Assembly (NCBI GenBank): GCA_951406725.2
Contig: OX597833.1
Location: 33,790,001-33,854,000 of the forward strand
DNA length: 64,000 bases
Direction: 5' to 3'
From: Octopus vulgaris
Lineage: Eukaryota
Shown here: positions 12,471 through 25,071 of the stretch, piece after piece
Numbering within the stretch: position 1 is the first letter of the stretch
Layout: each line of letters begins with the position of its first letter
Notes under the pieces: generated by a model
What the model was told of the DNA's origin: nothing
Database searches by the model: none
The model's input: the letters and a program-made list of their open reading frames with translations, nothing else
Made by a program: the position numbers and the translations under genes

Positions 12471-14107
12471 GTAATCTCATGAATGAAACATCCAGTATCG
12501 AATGGATCATTGTTGATAGGGTGCCACTTTACCTCCATGAAAGACTGTACATTATTAACAGGATATATGTGAATAATCCTATTGCTTCCACCAGAGGTAC
12601 GCCCTCCTGATGAACTTCAAACAACAGGCTACCGATAATCCGGACATACCACCTGAACATCGGTTGCTCACCTGCCCAAGCTGCGAAACTGTTTTACATG
12701 ATATATATTTATATGCATATATGTGTGCGTACTTCTGTGTGTGTGTGTGTATGAGAGAAAGTAACAGACAGGAGGGAGGGAAGAAGTTAAAGAGAGATAG
12801 AAGGTTAGAGAGAGAAGGCTAGATAAATAGATAGATAGATAGAGGGAAAGAGAGAGAGAGAGAGAGTGAGAGAGCGAGAGAGAAAGAGATAAAACATGTC
12901 TACTGCGAAGCAACTATAAACTTCCAGTGAACCAGCAAGCACACAAATAGTGTAACCACGAGCCAACGAGGAGTCTCTACAATGACTTTCGACTAGTTAC
13001 AAATAGCAACCAAATATCCCTCAAATCAGACTTTACCGTCTTAAAATGGATCCATAACGTGCTTCTGAGTACTTTGTACATTAAAAAATGCTGTATGGCC
13101 ACTATTGTCTTTAATCAAATATCTAACCTGATCAGATCTGAATTGGGCTTAAATAACACCAATTGTACAACCAACCAGTAAATAAAATTAACAAGATCTA
13201 TTCACTTCTAGGATGCATTATAAGAATATTAAATTGACCCCAATACTTAACTAGAAAAGCAAAAGTAACTTTGGCCGAATCTGAATTCAGATTATAAAGG
13301 GCAGGAACTAGTAAATACTGCAGAGTATTTTGACCTACACTCTATCGACTCTGCCAATAGCTTGTGCACTGTAAAAAGCGAGTTTTATCGTTTTGGAGCA
13401 AGGCCTCTCTTCAACGTGTTCGAAAAAGGAGAACTCACCTTTTTTAATCATTGTCTAAAGAATTACGGATAGGAGATCCTAGTCATGTTTTTCTTGCATG
13501 TATACCTTTCTAATTTATATATAGTAATGAGACACATGTAACCTAGAATTAAAAATATATCAAAGTCTTTTCTGTCTTCTGTTTTGATATATAAAATTAA
13601 TCAAATTCTGTAAGTTTGGTTTTTAAAAACAAAAGGCGAAATTGAGAAATTGGCAAAATCCTTAGAGCATTTAAAATCTTTAGAGCATTAAATAATGCTT
13701 TGCGGTATTTATTCCGGCTCTATGTTCTCACTTAAAATACCTCCGGAGTCAATTTTACCTTTCATCCTTTAGGGATCAATAAAATAAATTAGCATTCAAA
13801 TATCATCGACTAATTCTCCCGGGTGAGTTTGTGACTAAGTTAAAAACCATCTTTACTCCAAACGATCGTCTGAATGTAAGTTGCATAATAATTTGTACCT
13901 ACCTAACAAATCGAACAAAAAGAATTGATGACAGTTGTTGGACTTGCTAGAAATAGAAAATTAAATCTTTTTAACAATTCTTCATTAACTTTACGATATT
14001 TAATCCAATTGTTCTCGAACTTAAGATCTGAGTTTTTGCCTTCTCTGACTCTGTGTCTGTCAGACGGGCAAACCGATGAGCAAACAGAGAAACGTGCGCA
14101 GAATGCC

Positions 14108-14161
14108 ATACATACATACATACGTACGTACGTACATACATACATACATACATACATACAT

Positions 14162-14204
<43 letters not shown>

Positions 14205-14219
14205 GGCAGACAGACAGGC

Positions 14220-14278
<59 letters not shown>
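14108..14278. repeat. (ATAC)n-(AGAC)n compound microsatellite
   Basis: Direct inspection. Confidence 0.97.
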
Positions 14279-14738
14279 TTGGCGGACACACAGATAGACA
14301 GATAAACGTAATGATGTGAGAAAAAAGGACGTTGATAGCGATTCAAAAATATTCAGTGATTTCGTCACTTCTATCTGATTGAATTGAGATATAGGTGGAG
14401 ATTTATAGCTTCTCCGGGCTGATAAAGAGATGGAGCTTAACTTTATGTGTGTTTCAGAATAAAGCAAAGTAGAGGAAAATGTATCGATGGAGAGAGGTCG
14501 ACAATTTATCGGGCAATAGAATGTGATAGATACGTGCCTTGAATGCTGGTAACAGCTTGAGAGAATTGGCGTGCAGAGAAAAGACAGAGAGAAAGAGAAG
14601 GAGAGACAGAAATAAATACATAAATAAATAAATAAATAAAGAAAGAAAGAGACAGAGGGGATGGGATCGAGAACAATAACGTCAGATCATTCTGAATAGC
14701 ACACACACACACGTATACATACATACATTCATACATGC

Positions 14739-14825
<87 letters not shown>

Positions 14826-14893
14826 TAAATGAAAGAATGGAGACGATAAACATAGGATAATTCATTCACCTACTTAAATATATATATATATAT

Positions 14894-14931
<38 letters not shown>

Positions 14932-15119
14932 CGTCACCGTGACCGACCAGGCCATCAGATGCTGCTACACATCGCTGGTCACAATGCGCTTCGCATTGTT
15001 TTCGCCTTCAAATGATGCCACCCCGCTGGCTAAGCGAGCAGGCCAACAGAAGAAAGAGTGAGAGAAAGTTGTGGCGAAAGAATACAGCAGGGATCGCCAC
15101 CACCCCCGGCCGGTCATTT

Positions 15120-15517
15120 TTTTTTGGCCAAATAAAAAAAACACACGCACTATATATTCATTCTTCACTCGTTTATTAGTGTTCTTACTCTAATTCATGT
15201 CCAATGTCCGGAAACCTTTCGTCACACATCTTTGACATCCTCAGCGACACATTCCGTCTTCGTGTGTGCTCTTGCTCTGCTTATTCCATTCTATTCTCTG
15301 TGTGTCCTTATATGATGTGTGTCCTTATATGCCTATGCATCTGTGTGTATGTGTGTGTGTGTGTGTGTGTGTCATTGTTCTTAGTAGCACTATGACTCTA
15401 CCCTCAGCCCCGTCCCCCATCTACTTGTCGCTGCCGCTGCCCTTGGGCCTGACTCTATGTACTGTTCTTGTAACTCATTATGTTTGTGTGTTCGCCCACG
15501 CTGCTGCCATTGTGGTG

Positions 15518-15608
<91 letters not shown>

Positions 15609-16322
15609 CTGTTGTTGTTCTTGTTAATCGAGTTAATAATGTTGCGGCCGTCTGTGAAGTTACGTATGTGTATTTGTGTGTGAATACGAGTTCGCTTCCT
15701 ATGCTGTTTGTATCCGTGCCCTTTATACAGAGGCTCAGTCAATAGCATAGAGGCCAAAGTATTATCAACGCATAGAACTGACACGACACTTAGACAAATC
15801 AAAGAGGCTATACACGTAGCAATAGACAGACTGAACCTCAACAGAAAACACGAATGGAACAATAACACTCACCACCACACCACGCAACATGACGATTAAA
15901 GACTGGAGGGAGAAAAGGGAAAAAAAAACAGATACAAATAGCGTAATACACATACAAGAGACATATATGCACATACATATGATAATTTTTTTTTATCTAA
16001 AAAAAAATAAAACGGTATAAAAGGCACGGATACAAACAACTTAGGAAGCGAACCTATATACATACACAAACACACATATGGTAACTTCACAGACGGCTGC
16101 AACAATGTAAACATGACTAACAACAATGGTAGCAACAACATCATAGATCAGAATGGAATAAGCAGAGCAAGAACACACATGAAGAGGAAAGTGTCACCGA
16201 ACAGGTCACAGATGTGTGACGAAAGATTTCCGGACAATGGACATGAGTTAGAAGAAGAACAGTAATAAGCGAATGAAGAACGAACATATAGTGCATGTGC
16301 TTATTTGGCAAAAAAAAGAAAA
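15120..16322 (+). mobile_element. 5'-truncated Penelope-like element with an inverted copy of its terminal repeat
   Basis: The loop encodes a GIY-YIG C-terminus (AKVLSTHRTDTTLRQIKEAIHVAIDRLNLNRKHEW, ~15740-15860); 15120-15295 and 15640-15728 are reverse complements of 16150-16322 and 16015-16105; microsatellite expansions lie in the left arm. Confidence 0.8.
15205..15250 (-). ncRNA. Minimal hammerhead candidate in the inverted PLE arm
   Basis: UGUCG-CUGAGGA-UGUCA-AAGAUGUG-UGAC-GAAA-GGUUUC-CGGACA; the right-arm copy (16191-16236) has a degenerate CUGA. Confidence 0.5.
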
Positions 16323-16401
16323 ATGACCATCCCGAAATACAACAATATCTGTTTCAACAGACGACTTCACATCAGGAAAATTGCAACACAAATCCATAAA
16401 C

Positions 16402-16433
<32 letters not shown>

Positions 16434-16511
16434 GTAAACAGTAAAAATAATTACAGACATGGACAAGAACATGAAACGCCACAGAGACGACACAAGAACC
16501 ACAGGACGGGA

Positions 16512-16654
16512 CATTCGAAGCCCTCAGTCATCAGTCAAGAACCAGATCATCTTAGCAATTTCGGCTGATTAATCTTGAGATTGCTCCGATATGGCAGCCG
16601 CCACGGGAAATCTAAGCCAAGTGCATTAGATCCCCTGGAAGAAAGCTTCGAATG
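16512..16654 (-). ncRNA. Structured RNA with hammerhead core strands in reversed (pseudoknotted) order, copy 1
   Basis: AGCAAUC|UCAAGA ... UCAGCC-GAAAUUGCU ... UCUUGA-CUGAUGA-CUGA, enclosed by CAUUCGAAGCUUUC/GAGGGCUUCGAAUG. Confidence 0.55.
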
Positions 16655-16843
16655 TATACAACACGAGGACGGAAAACGAACGAAGTACACGAACAAAAAT
16701 ACAGAATACGTGACAACAATAAGAATACAAAAACGTAAAAACAATAACGGTAAAATTAAAGTATAAAAAATATAAACAACAAAACAAAACCAGGACGTAG
16801 GACAATATGGCCAGCCCGATATATACATACATACATACATACA

Positions 16844-16875
<32 letters not shown>

Positions 16876-16966
16876 CTTATGTTTTGCGTTCTTGTCCCAA
16901 TTTTGTATTTTTTATGTATAAAAAAAAAAAAAGCAGCATACATACACTTTGGTCTCTTATATGTAA

Positions 16967-17010
<44 letters not shown>

Positions 17011-17014
<4 letters not shown>

Positions 17015-17275
17015 CATAAGGGACATTAGCCAACTGAATATGGCTAGGGACAGGGCAGGGTGGTGGGGGTGTCACTGTTGCATTTAGCCCCAGGCGAACA
17101 TCAACGTCACCAGATACGCCGACGCCATCACGGCGTCCTCTATCTTGCAAAGGGAGATCATTCCCCAAGAAGCGGATGCCACACACGGACCTAGGTTTCA
17201 AGGTGTATTGCCTATTATCAACGTATGGTAGGCACCGCTTCTCGACGAACAACTCACCGTGCAAGATATATATAA
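17011..17275 (-). mobile_element. Short PLE-type terminal module between (TA)n tracts; same family as the 29126-29416 fold-back
   Basis: 17011-17156 matches 29126-29270 closely; contains a hammerhead at 17182-17227. Confidence 0.75.
17182..17227 (-). ncRNA. Minimal type I hammerhead, C3U:G8A variant
   Basis: CAUACG-UUGAUAA-UAGG-CAAUACA-CCUU-GAAAC-CUAG-GUC-CGUGUG; 6-bp stem I, palindromic stem III ACCUAGGU. Confidence 0.75.
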
Positions 17276-17800
17276 AGATTTTCATATATATATATATATA
17301 TATATATTATATAAATATATATAAATTTTGCACGACTCTATTATTCTTTCTCTTCTTACATTCCTTACTTCTTTCTATCAGCCCCTTCACACTTACTTCG
17401 TTCATTCCACTCTTTGTTCTTTCATTCCCCCTATCTCACATTTCCTTGCCTTCTCTTCATGCTCACCTTCCCTCCTCTTTCACTTTACCCTGTCCCTTTC
17501 ATTTCTTTCTCACCCCATATTAATTCTTCTATCCCTCTGCCTCTACCTCTCTCTCTATTCTCTCCTCAAGTGATCAGTGTTCGGCCAAGCTAGACCTTTC
17601 TTTCTTGGTTCGACTACCATCCGTGCAACATCTATATTCCTCCCTGTGCCTGTCAAATCTTATGTCCCTGCCGTAAGGCTTTACTTCCACATACGCCAGC
17701 TTAATTTAATTCGTCCTTAGTCGAAAGACACCCGTTGTTAATGTCCTGTTATATGTATTTGTATACCACTTCTCCGTTTTTTATGTCCTTGTTTTCGTAT

Positions 17801-17933
17801 ACATTCCAAGGAATTTAATGCTCTTAGTTTAGTTTTTCCTTGGAAATGACCAGATTGGCGCAATCTCGAGTATAACCAGCCGAAATTGCAAAGATAATCT
17901 AGAATTTCGACTGAGGATAGAAAACTCCGAATG
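17801..17933 (+). ncRNA. Structured RNA with reversed-order hammerhead strands, copy 2
   Basis: GCAAUC|UCGAG (17860-17870) ... CCAGCC-GAAAUUGC (17876-17889) ... UUCGA-CUGAGGA (17906-17917); followed by a tail ending in (TA)n at ~18040. Confidence 0.5.
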
Positions 17934-18440
17934 ACCCATCCCTGTTTTCTTTGTAACGTATGTCTGGATGTTTTGTTGTTCCTTTTTTGTATCACCTAAC
18001 TGTCTGGATGTTTTGCGTTCTTGTCCCATTTTTGTATTATATATATGTGTATATATATCAGCTAGAATCAACGTGACACAGTGTAAAAAACTTATGGGTG
18101 CAATCTATCCGACAGATTTCTGTACAACCCAATTCCGTGAACCCAATTTCATTCACAAAGCTTGAGTCGGCCTATTGCCATGCTAAAAAGTACTGCCTCA
18201 ACATGTTATGCAATGGCGTCGAACTTGGAATCCTATGATATACCTTTTAATAAACAGGCGTAACACACACACACACACATGTTAGTAGCGACCTAAAATG
18301 TGAGCAATCACTACTGATTTGATGGGAGAATTGTTTCTTTTGATAAGAAATGTTGTTTCTACAATACCAATGGTTTCATACAAGTGTATTCACAATTATT
18401 CAATCATAATTTGAATAATGCTGGCAACTCGGCCATCTTG

Positions 18441-18479
<39 letters not shown>

Positions 18480-18533
18480 ATTTTGATTTTTGATTTTTCC
18501 AGTTTCAGCTAATGAGCTGTGGCCATGCTGGGG

Positions 18534-18575
<42 letters not shown>

Positions 18576-18579
18576 TTTA

Positions 18580-18958
18580 TCTTTTACTTGATTCAGTCAT
18601 TTGACTGCAGCCATACTACAGCACTGGATTTTAGTTGAACAAGTCGACCCCAGGACTTTTTTATTCCTAGTACTTATTCTATCCGTCTCTTTTGCCGAAC
18701 CATTAAGTTATGGGGACATAAACACACCAATACCGGTTGTCAAGCGGTGGGGATGGGGGACAAACAGACACAGACACACTCACATAGATATATACATATA
18801 TACGATGGGCTTCTTTCAGTTTTGTTCTGCCAAATCCACTCACAAGGCTTTGGTTGACCCTAAGCTATAAAAGAAAACACTTGCCCAAGCTGCCACGCTG
18901 TGGAGCTGAATCCGGAACCCTATGATTGAGATGCAAGCTTCTTGCCACACAGCCATGA
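18580..18958 (-). mobile_element. tRNA-derived SINE, family B
   Basis: Minus-strand head TGGCTGTGTGGCAAGAAGCTTGC...GGATTCAG; homologous to 33000-33385 and 44287-44640. Confidence 0.85.
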
Positions 18959-19497
18959 CTTGGTTTGGTTTCTTTTTATCCTGTTTCATTTTTGTTGTTT
19001 TTTTTACTTGGTTGTGTTGTTACAAGTTGGTCAATGTAAGTGTTGTTGTTTACAATCTGAAGTGCTGCCTCTTCAACTTCAGACTCGCAGTCCATACTAT
19101 AAAATCTTCAACGAGATTACGTTACCGTAAACAATCATGACATCTCTTGAAAGCTGAAGTAATTAGCAATGTCAAAGAAAGTAATCATAGTATGTTAAGA
19201 ATTAAGATTCAAATCGATTATAAACACTTCAAGAAAAAACAAATAAGGATCGCCAAAAGCTTAATTGATAATCTCCAGGATGATACTATCACCAATTTAA
19301 CTGAAAAATAAACACGAAATGATGATATTGAAGTTTAAAAGCTTTTATTGAAACAGCTGATGGCTACACAAAAATACGAAGTATAAACAACATTTTTCTG
19401 AGAAATTGCATCTGATAAAGAAACGAAAAGATCTTGGTCAACTAGGCATGTATGTATGTAGGTATTTATACACGCATACATATATACATGTTTGTAT

Positions 19498-19550
<53 letters not shown>

Positions 19551-20249
19551 TGCGTGTGTGTGTATGTATATATATATATATATGTGCGTGTGTGTATAAA
19601 TATATATATATGCAGTGTACATATATGTGTATGCATATGTATGCATCGGCGCAGACACGGATGCCAATGCATATGAGGATCTTTTTATATGATGCATTTC
19701 ATGAATATTTAAGTATTTTTACAATACCTTTCATAAGTACAAGGCCAGCAAATTTAGTGGAAGGAATTACAGTTAGATCCAAGCGCCATCAATATTTGAC
19801 TGGCACTTTCTATTATTACAATGAAAGTAGATGAGTAGATGATTTTATAATATCAGTAAGACCATATGTAACACATATATATAGTTGGTATATATATATA
19901 TATATCCGTTTATCCAATATCCAAAAATAAAAATGATGAAAGTGGAACAAGGAAAGGAAAGGAAATAGAAAAAAGAAGAAAAAGGGAAAATAAAAAGTAC
20001 AAAAAAGCATTAGTGCAACACCAAGTGCCTCAATTGGTCGCACACCACAAAATTCAACGGAACCTACTGAAGCAAGCCAACACGCTCATGACGTTACCAC
20101 GAGCGATGTCGAGGCTAAGGCGTTGGAACAGCCAAATATTCTCACGGGCATCACCTGACACCTCAGGAAGGAGATCAGCAAGCGATGACAAGAACTTCAC
20201 CGTTAGCAGCCCAACCTCTCGAAATCTGATTTGGCGAATTTTTCTGGTT

Positions 20250-20930
20250 TTGTGAACCTCAGCTTCTAAGGAGTGGTACTGAAGAAATTAGTCATGTAGC
20301 CAAGTACTCCAACAATTATTGGTATATATTTAAAGTTATAGATAAGAGTAACCTAACATAGAATGATTTTCATCATTTTTTTCCCTTTTGCTTGCGTGGC
20401 TTGTTTTCAAGTGCTTTGGTTTTTCTGGGAACTCCCTTTAAATTAGAAGGAATAGCTAAGATTTTTTGATTGCTATTTCTAAACTTCGGTATGTGGTGAA
20501 GCAAATCGTAGCTGAACCCTAATTATATAGTATTACTTAAACTTACCATGAAATGGTCCCTTTCATGCCGAATCTTACTTGGTGAAATTACTGATTACTT
20601 CTTAATTAATTAATTTCACCCTTTGTTATTATTGATAAGATTGAGTATGTGTAGATTTCTCATCAGTTCTCTTTCTCACTAATCTTTAACATTATGTTGA
20701 CATCAGCTGACCAAATAATTTCAACTATTGTTCGTACTTTCTTTCTATGCTCCACATCCTTATATCTGGTATGTTGTCTTAACACGGATATTCCACCAAT
20801 ATTCTTTCGAATGACATGTTTTTCCGTTCTTTTTATCCTTTGTTGTACTCGTTTGGTGATGTCAAGTGGCAGTTATCTATGTTATAACAGGCTACATGTT
20901 TTCTAGATAACCTTATTTAACATTTACATT
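20250..20930 (-). pseudogene. Highly decayed RLE-type (Dong/R4-like) LINE fragment
   Basis: FKYIPIIVGVLGYMTN resembles the PIIVGALG C-terminal motif of the other Dong-like copies; the remainder is heavily mutated. Confidence 0.4.
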
Positions 20931-20989
20931 CACTCCTTTAACAAAGTAAAGGGCCAGTCAGTAGATGCTGAAAGTAATCAAGATTCAGT

Positions 20990-21990
20990 CCATCGATATT
21001 CTGTTCTCGTCGAAAAGCTGCAATACCTAACAAGAGTGCATACCTGAAAATTTTACCATAGAAAACCGAAAGCCTCATCAAAACTATACATCTTTGACAA
21101 AAATACAAAAAGACAAACCCAATAAGATTTATTACTTACTGAAAAACGACAAAGTCGCCTCCTCCCATTATTCTTATTCAGCCATTCAAAAAGAACACTC
21201 TTAACATGCAAAAAGAAAAACTTAAAAAATGAGGATGAATTCCAGAATGACCCAGAATGACAGAGAAATCGATGTTATATAGAACAGCAACATCAGATAA
21301 AACTAAGAATATTTATAAGTTCAGAATCATACTTACTTATATATGTGGATTCCAGCGAAACTCGTGATTTGTTCTACTTGTGCAATTTAAAATTATTAAA
21401 ACAAAAATTCCTACATATTTTAGAGATGCTAGGATTATCTTAGAAACTGTAATAAACAAAAAATAAATTTCGAAAATAATTATTGAATTTTTTAGCGGTT
21501 TCTCTTTCAAAATCATTGTAAAACCCCACTGGCACTGGAAAATGATCAATTTCGTGGATATCACATGAAGCCAGTACAATTCATCATACTATCCATATAG
21601 AATTCACAGAAAATTTCAATAAAGTCAATTCTCAAATTCTCTAATCACATGAAGAAAACTTAAATAAGTGCATTCACAAAATATCCCTCGGAATCTCCTG
21701 ATTATATTCTGACGAAGCCATCTTCGAAAAACAGACACATCATTACAGCAAAACTTTAAAAGTGGATACATTGAAGAAATCAATTACTGCTAAGAAAAAC
21801 AAAACTCCAACTAAAACATGGAGGAAGGGAAATTAATATTATCTGGTACAATCCACTACAAAAAAAACCTCTAAAGCAAAATCACTCTTTCAAAAACGAC
21901 AAAATAAAAACGACATGAAAATCTCCTACTCAACCACCAATAGTGTCTCACAAATAATAACAAATTCCAACCAAGCAAATTTGAAACAAA
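20990..21990 (+). pseudogene. Decayed Penelope-like ORF
   Basis: Frame-broken remnants SYIFRDA (YRDD-like), SDEAIFEK, NIIWYNP, MKISYSTTNSVSQII, typical of the PLE thumb/linker. Confidence 0.6.
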
Positions 21991-22686
21991 AACAAAAAAA
22001 ATCTTCCTTTCAATCACGGTCTCTTTTTTTCATATATAGGTTAAAGGGCAAAGTCATTCAAAAGTAGATTTATACAACACGTTTATTCATTTAAATACCC
22101 AAATAAGCAAACTTTTCTGAAACTATTTGGAAATTAAAAGCTTTTAACTCGCTTCATAATATTTCTCGGGAAGTTATCTCATATCCAAACCATACCACAT
22201 AACAATAAACCTTGTTAGTTTTGTTCAACAGAATTAGATGAAATATTAATCTTCAAGCCAAAAATGCTCAATAAATATTCTGAAACAATCCCTTCTTGCC
22301 GAAGTACAATAAACTCTTACAAATTATAGACACTGAATAATATTTTTTAAAATATCAACATTTTTCATTATCGACTATAAACAATAACTTTACTTTTTTC
22401 CAACTTTTTTTCCTACACGCAGAATGCTTATACATCTTTTGTACAAATTAGGTCATATGGAATGGCAGGTCTAGCTGTGTCACATATATGTGTTTTAAAC
22501 ACTAAGTATTTGAATTCCCATTAATACTTCTACCACCACTTGACCATGTACATGCCTATATACTTGCTTACATATACATATCTGCATATTTATATACATA
22601 ACATAGGAGAAGAAATGGAGCAACATGTAACAATTAGAAGTTGATCATTAGTATCGAATGATCATAGTTTAATTATGGTTAAGATA

Positions 22687-22768
22687 ACATTTACAGCTGT
22701 TTCAGTTTGTTATTTTGAGGTAAACTTGTGTTTATCTCGTTCCATGTAACAGACATCATTAGAATGAT
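22687..22768 (-). ncRNA. Type I hammerhead with branched long stem II (G5A mutated)
   Basis: CAUU-CUAAUGA-UGUCUGUUA..GAGAUAAAC-ACAA-GUUUACCUC..UAACAAACU-GAAAC-AGCU-GUA-AAUG; resembles 6222-6323. Confidence 0.65.
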
Positions 22769-23541
22769 TTGAACTTTACCAGAAGAATATTGACAGGAGA
22801 AAAAAAGGGAAAAAGAAAAGGGAAAGAAAAGGGAAAAACGAAAAACGAAAAAGGAAAAGGTTCGTTAGGTCTTCAGGCTTACATTTTTGCGTCCTTAAAA
22901 GATGGCACGTGTGTGTACAGTTCCTTCAAGTAGATGAATGGAGCAGTGAGTGGGGGAAATGACCAGTTGACCGGCGGTGTTAGACGAAAGAGTAATATCC
23001 AGTATTATTAATTGTAACAAATAACGCTATATAAATCCACGAGATAAGTCCCTATGATTACAAATAATGCTTTAGTTAAAAATTAAGGACGCTCTTAAAA
23101 GTTTAAGTGCGATATACGGTATAAATCTGGGTTACGTAAATAGATGTAATAAATAAAGTGTTGTTATGTGTGGCCAGGGTTTACTACTCGTTAATATAAT
23201 TAAAACAAATCAACTCGGCTAGAATAGGTTAAATCGCTCGTTTAATCGTATATACGTTAATGGCAGCACTAGCAATTAGTATGTTAGTCAGTGATCTAAC
23301 TTTAATGTGAATATATTAAAGAGAATTGTAGCTCCGGGTGTCCCTCGTGCATCTAGGATAAATAATTCAGTTAGCCAAAGTAAATTGAATATAATTGTGT
23401 TTTATGCTATTATGTCATGCTATGTGGTAAAGGTGAGGGTCAAAAGGAGGTAATCAGAGGTTAGACAAGTCAGCTAATAAACAGTAATGTAAGGTAGGTA
23501 TTAATTTCTTTATTTATATACATATAAACGTGTGTACGTAT

Positions 23542-23629
<88 letters not shown>

Positions 23630-24721
23630 CATCATCATCATCATCATCAATATCATCATTAAATCATAAATCCGAAAGAGAAATACATTCTAAGTTATAG
23701 AGCAGTAGAGTATTTAGAGAATGTTAGTTATGACCGGTTCATAGGGTTACCCAGGGTTTTGCGTCTATAAAGCGCTTAACTTTACAACGTCTCATCAGAC
23801 TCTAATACCCGGTGAGTTATAACCACTCATCATACTGGAGGAAGAAAAGGCCTCGTGGATAGTTTTCGAACGCACAGACCAAAAAGGCCAAGCGTAAAGA
23901 CCACTATCCGAATTCCACAAGTCAGCTTGCGGACACCAGGATTCACCTGAAGGTCCGAAGAGTTTCGTCTTGAAATTTAAGATGTTCCCCGAGTCGAGGG
24001 GGTTCTTTAATAAATATTGTCACCCGTTCCGCTATGAACAGCTTGAGACGTTTGAACCCATTGATATAGGGACCTGATTGCTCTAGAATTTCCCATGTGA
24101 TTACATGTGGAGTCCTTCTGTTCTTCAGGCGCCACGGGTGGCTGGAGAAGGATGTGGCATAACGTCTTTCCGAGATCCCAAACGAGGATTTGTGGAAGGC
24201 GAGGCGCTACTTGAAAGTGTTCCCGGAACATCCGATGTATTTCTGAATACTGTTGTTGGTATTGCTGTTTCTGTTACTGTTGTTGACATTGCTACTTTTG
24301 TTTTTGGTGCTGGTGCTGGCATCGTTAATGCTGGCGTAGGTGACATCATCGGTTGCGAAGTTGGTGTTGGCATTGTTGTTATTGTCATTGTTGATGTCTC
24401 CGTTGGTACAGCCATAACCATCGTCGTTGTTGGAACTGTTATCGGCGTTATAGTGGTTGTTGTTATCGTTGTTGTTATTGTAATTATCATCATTATCATT
24501 AGCGATGATGGTGCGGAATTTTTGCAACTACCGTAGCTGCTATTGTCAGATACCACCTCAGTCTCATATACGACTCCCTTGGTTCCTCACTGGCCTCCCA
24601 CTGGGTATCTGATGTGGTCCCTGCATGGGCATCCCGCCTTCGCTTGTGCCCTAGGGACATTAACTAAAATACTCTTAATATTAGGGGCGCAGCTACAGCA
24701 GTAGCAGAAATAGCTTACCAC

Positions 24722-24764
24722 TTTATATTGATAAAGGGCAACAACCCTGAAACATGTCTGCAGA
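24722..24764 (+). ncRNA. Minimal type I hammerhead, C3U:G8A variant
   Basis: UUUAUA-UUGAUAA-AGGG-CAACAA-CCCU-GAAAC-AU-GUC-UGCAGA; perfect stem II, palindromic ACAUGU. Confidence 0.72.
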
Positions 24765-24932
24765 TGTCTGACTAGCAAGGTGAAGCGGCTGACCTCCCCT
24801 GTTCGAAGGTTGTAATGGACGCAGGTTCGTGTGCCATATAGCTAGCTAGAGGCGATGGCCTCTTGGAGCTAATCAGAGACAGCTTTTGTCTTATATTTAT
24901 GGACTGCCATATTAGTATGGCGATAACTATTA

Positions 24933-25071
<139 letters not shown>

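Noticed and set aside
17930-17975. SECIS-like element (AUGA...) as in Naiad PLEs
   Set aside because: No properly spaced apical AA or closing GA quartet.
21706-21730. CTGACGAAGCCATCTTCGAAA hammerhead-like string
   Set aside because: Lies in the decayed PLE coding frame (SDEAIFEK); no stem I or III and no NUH in register.
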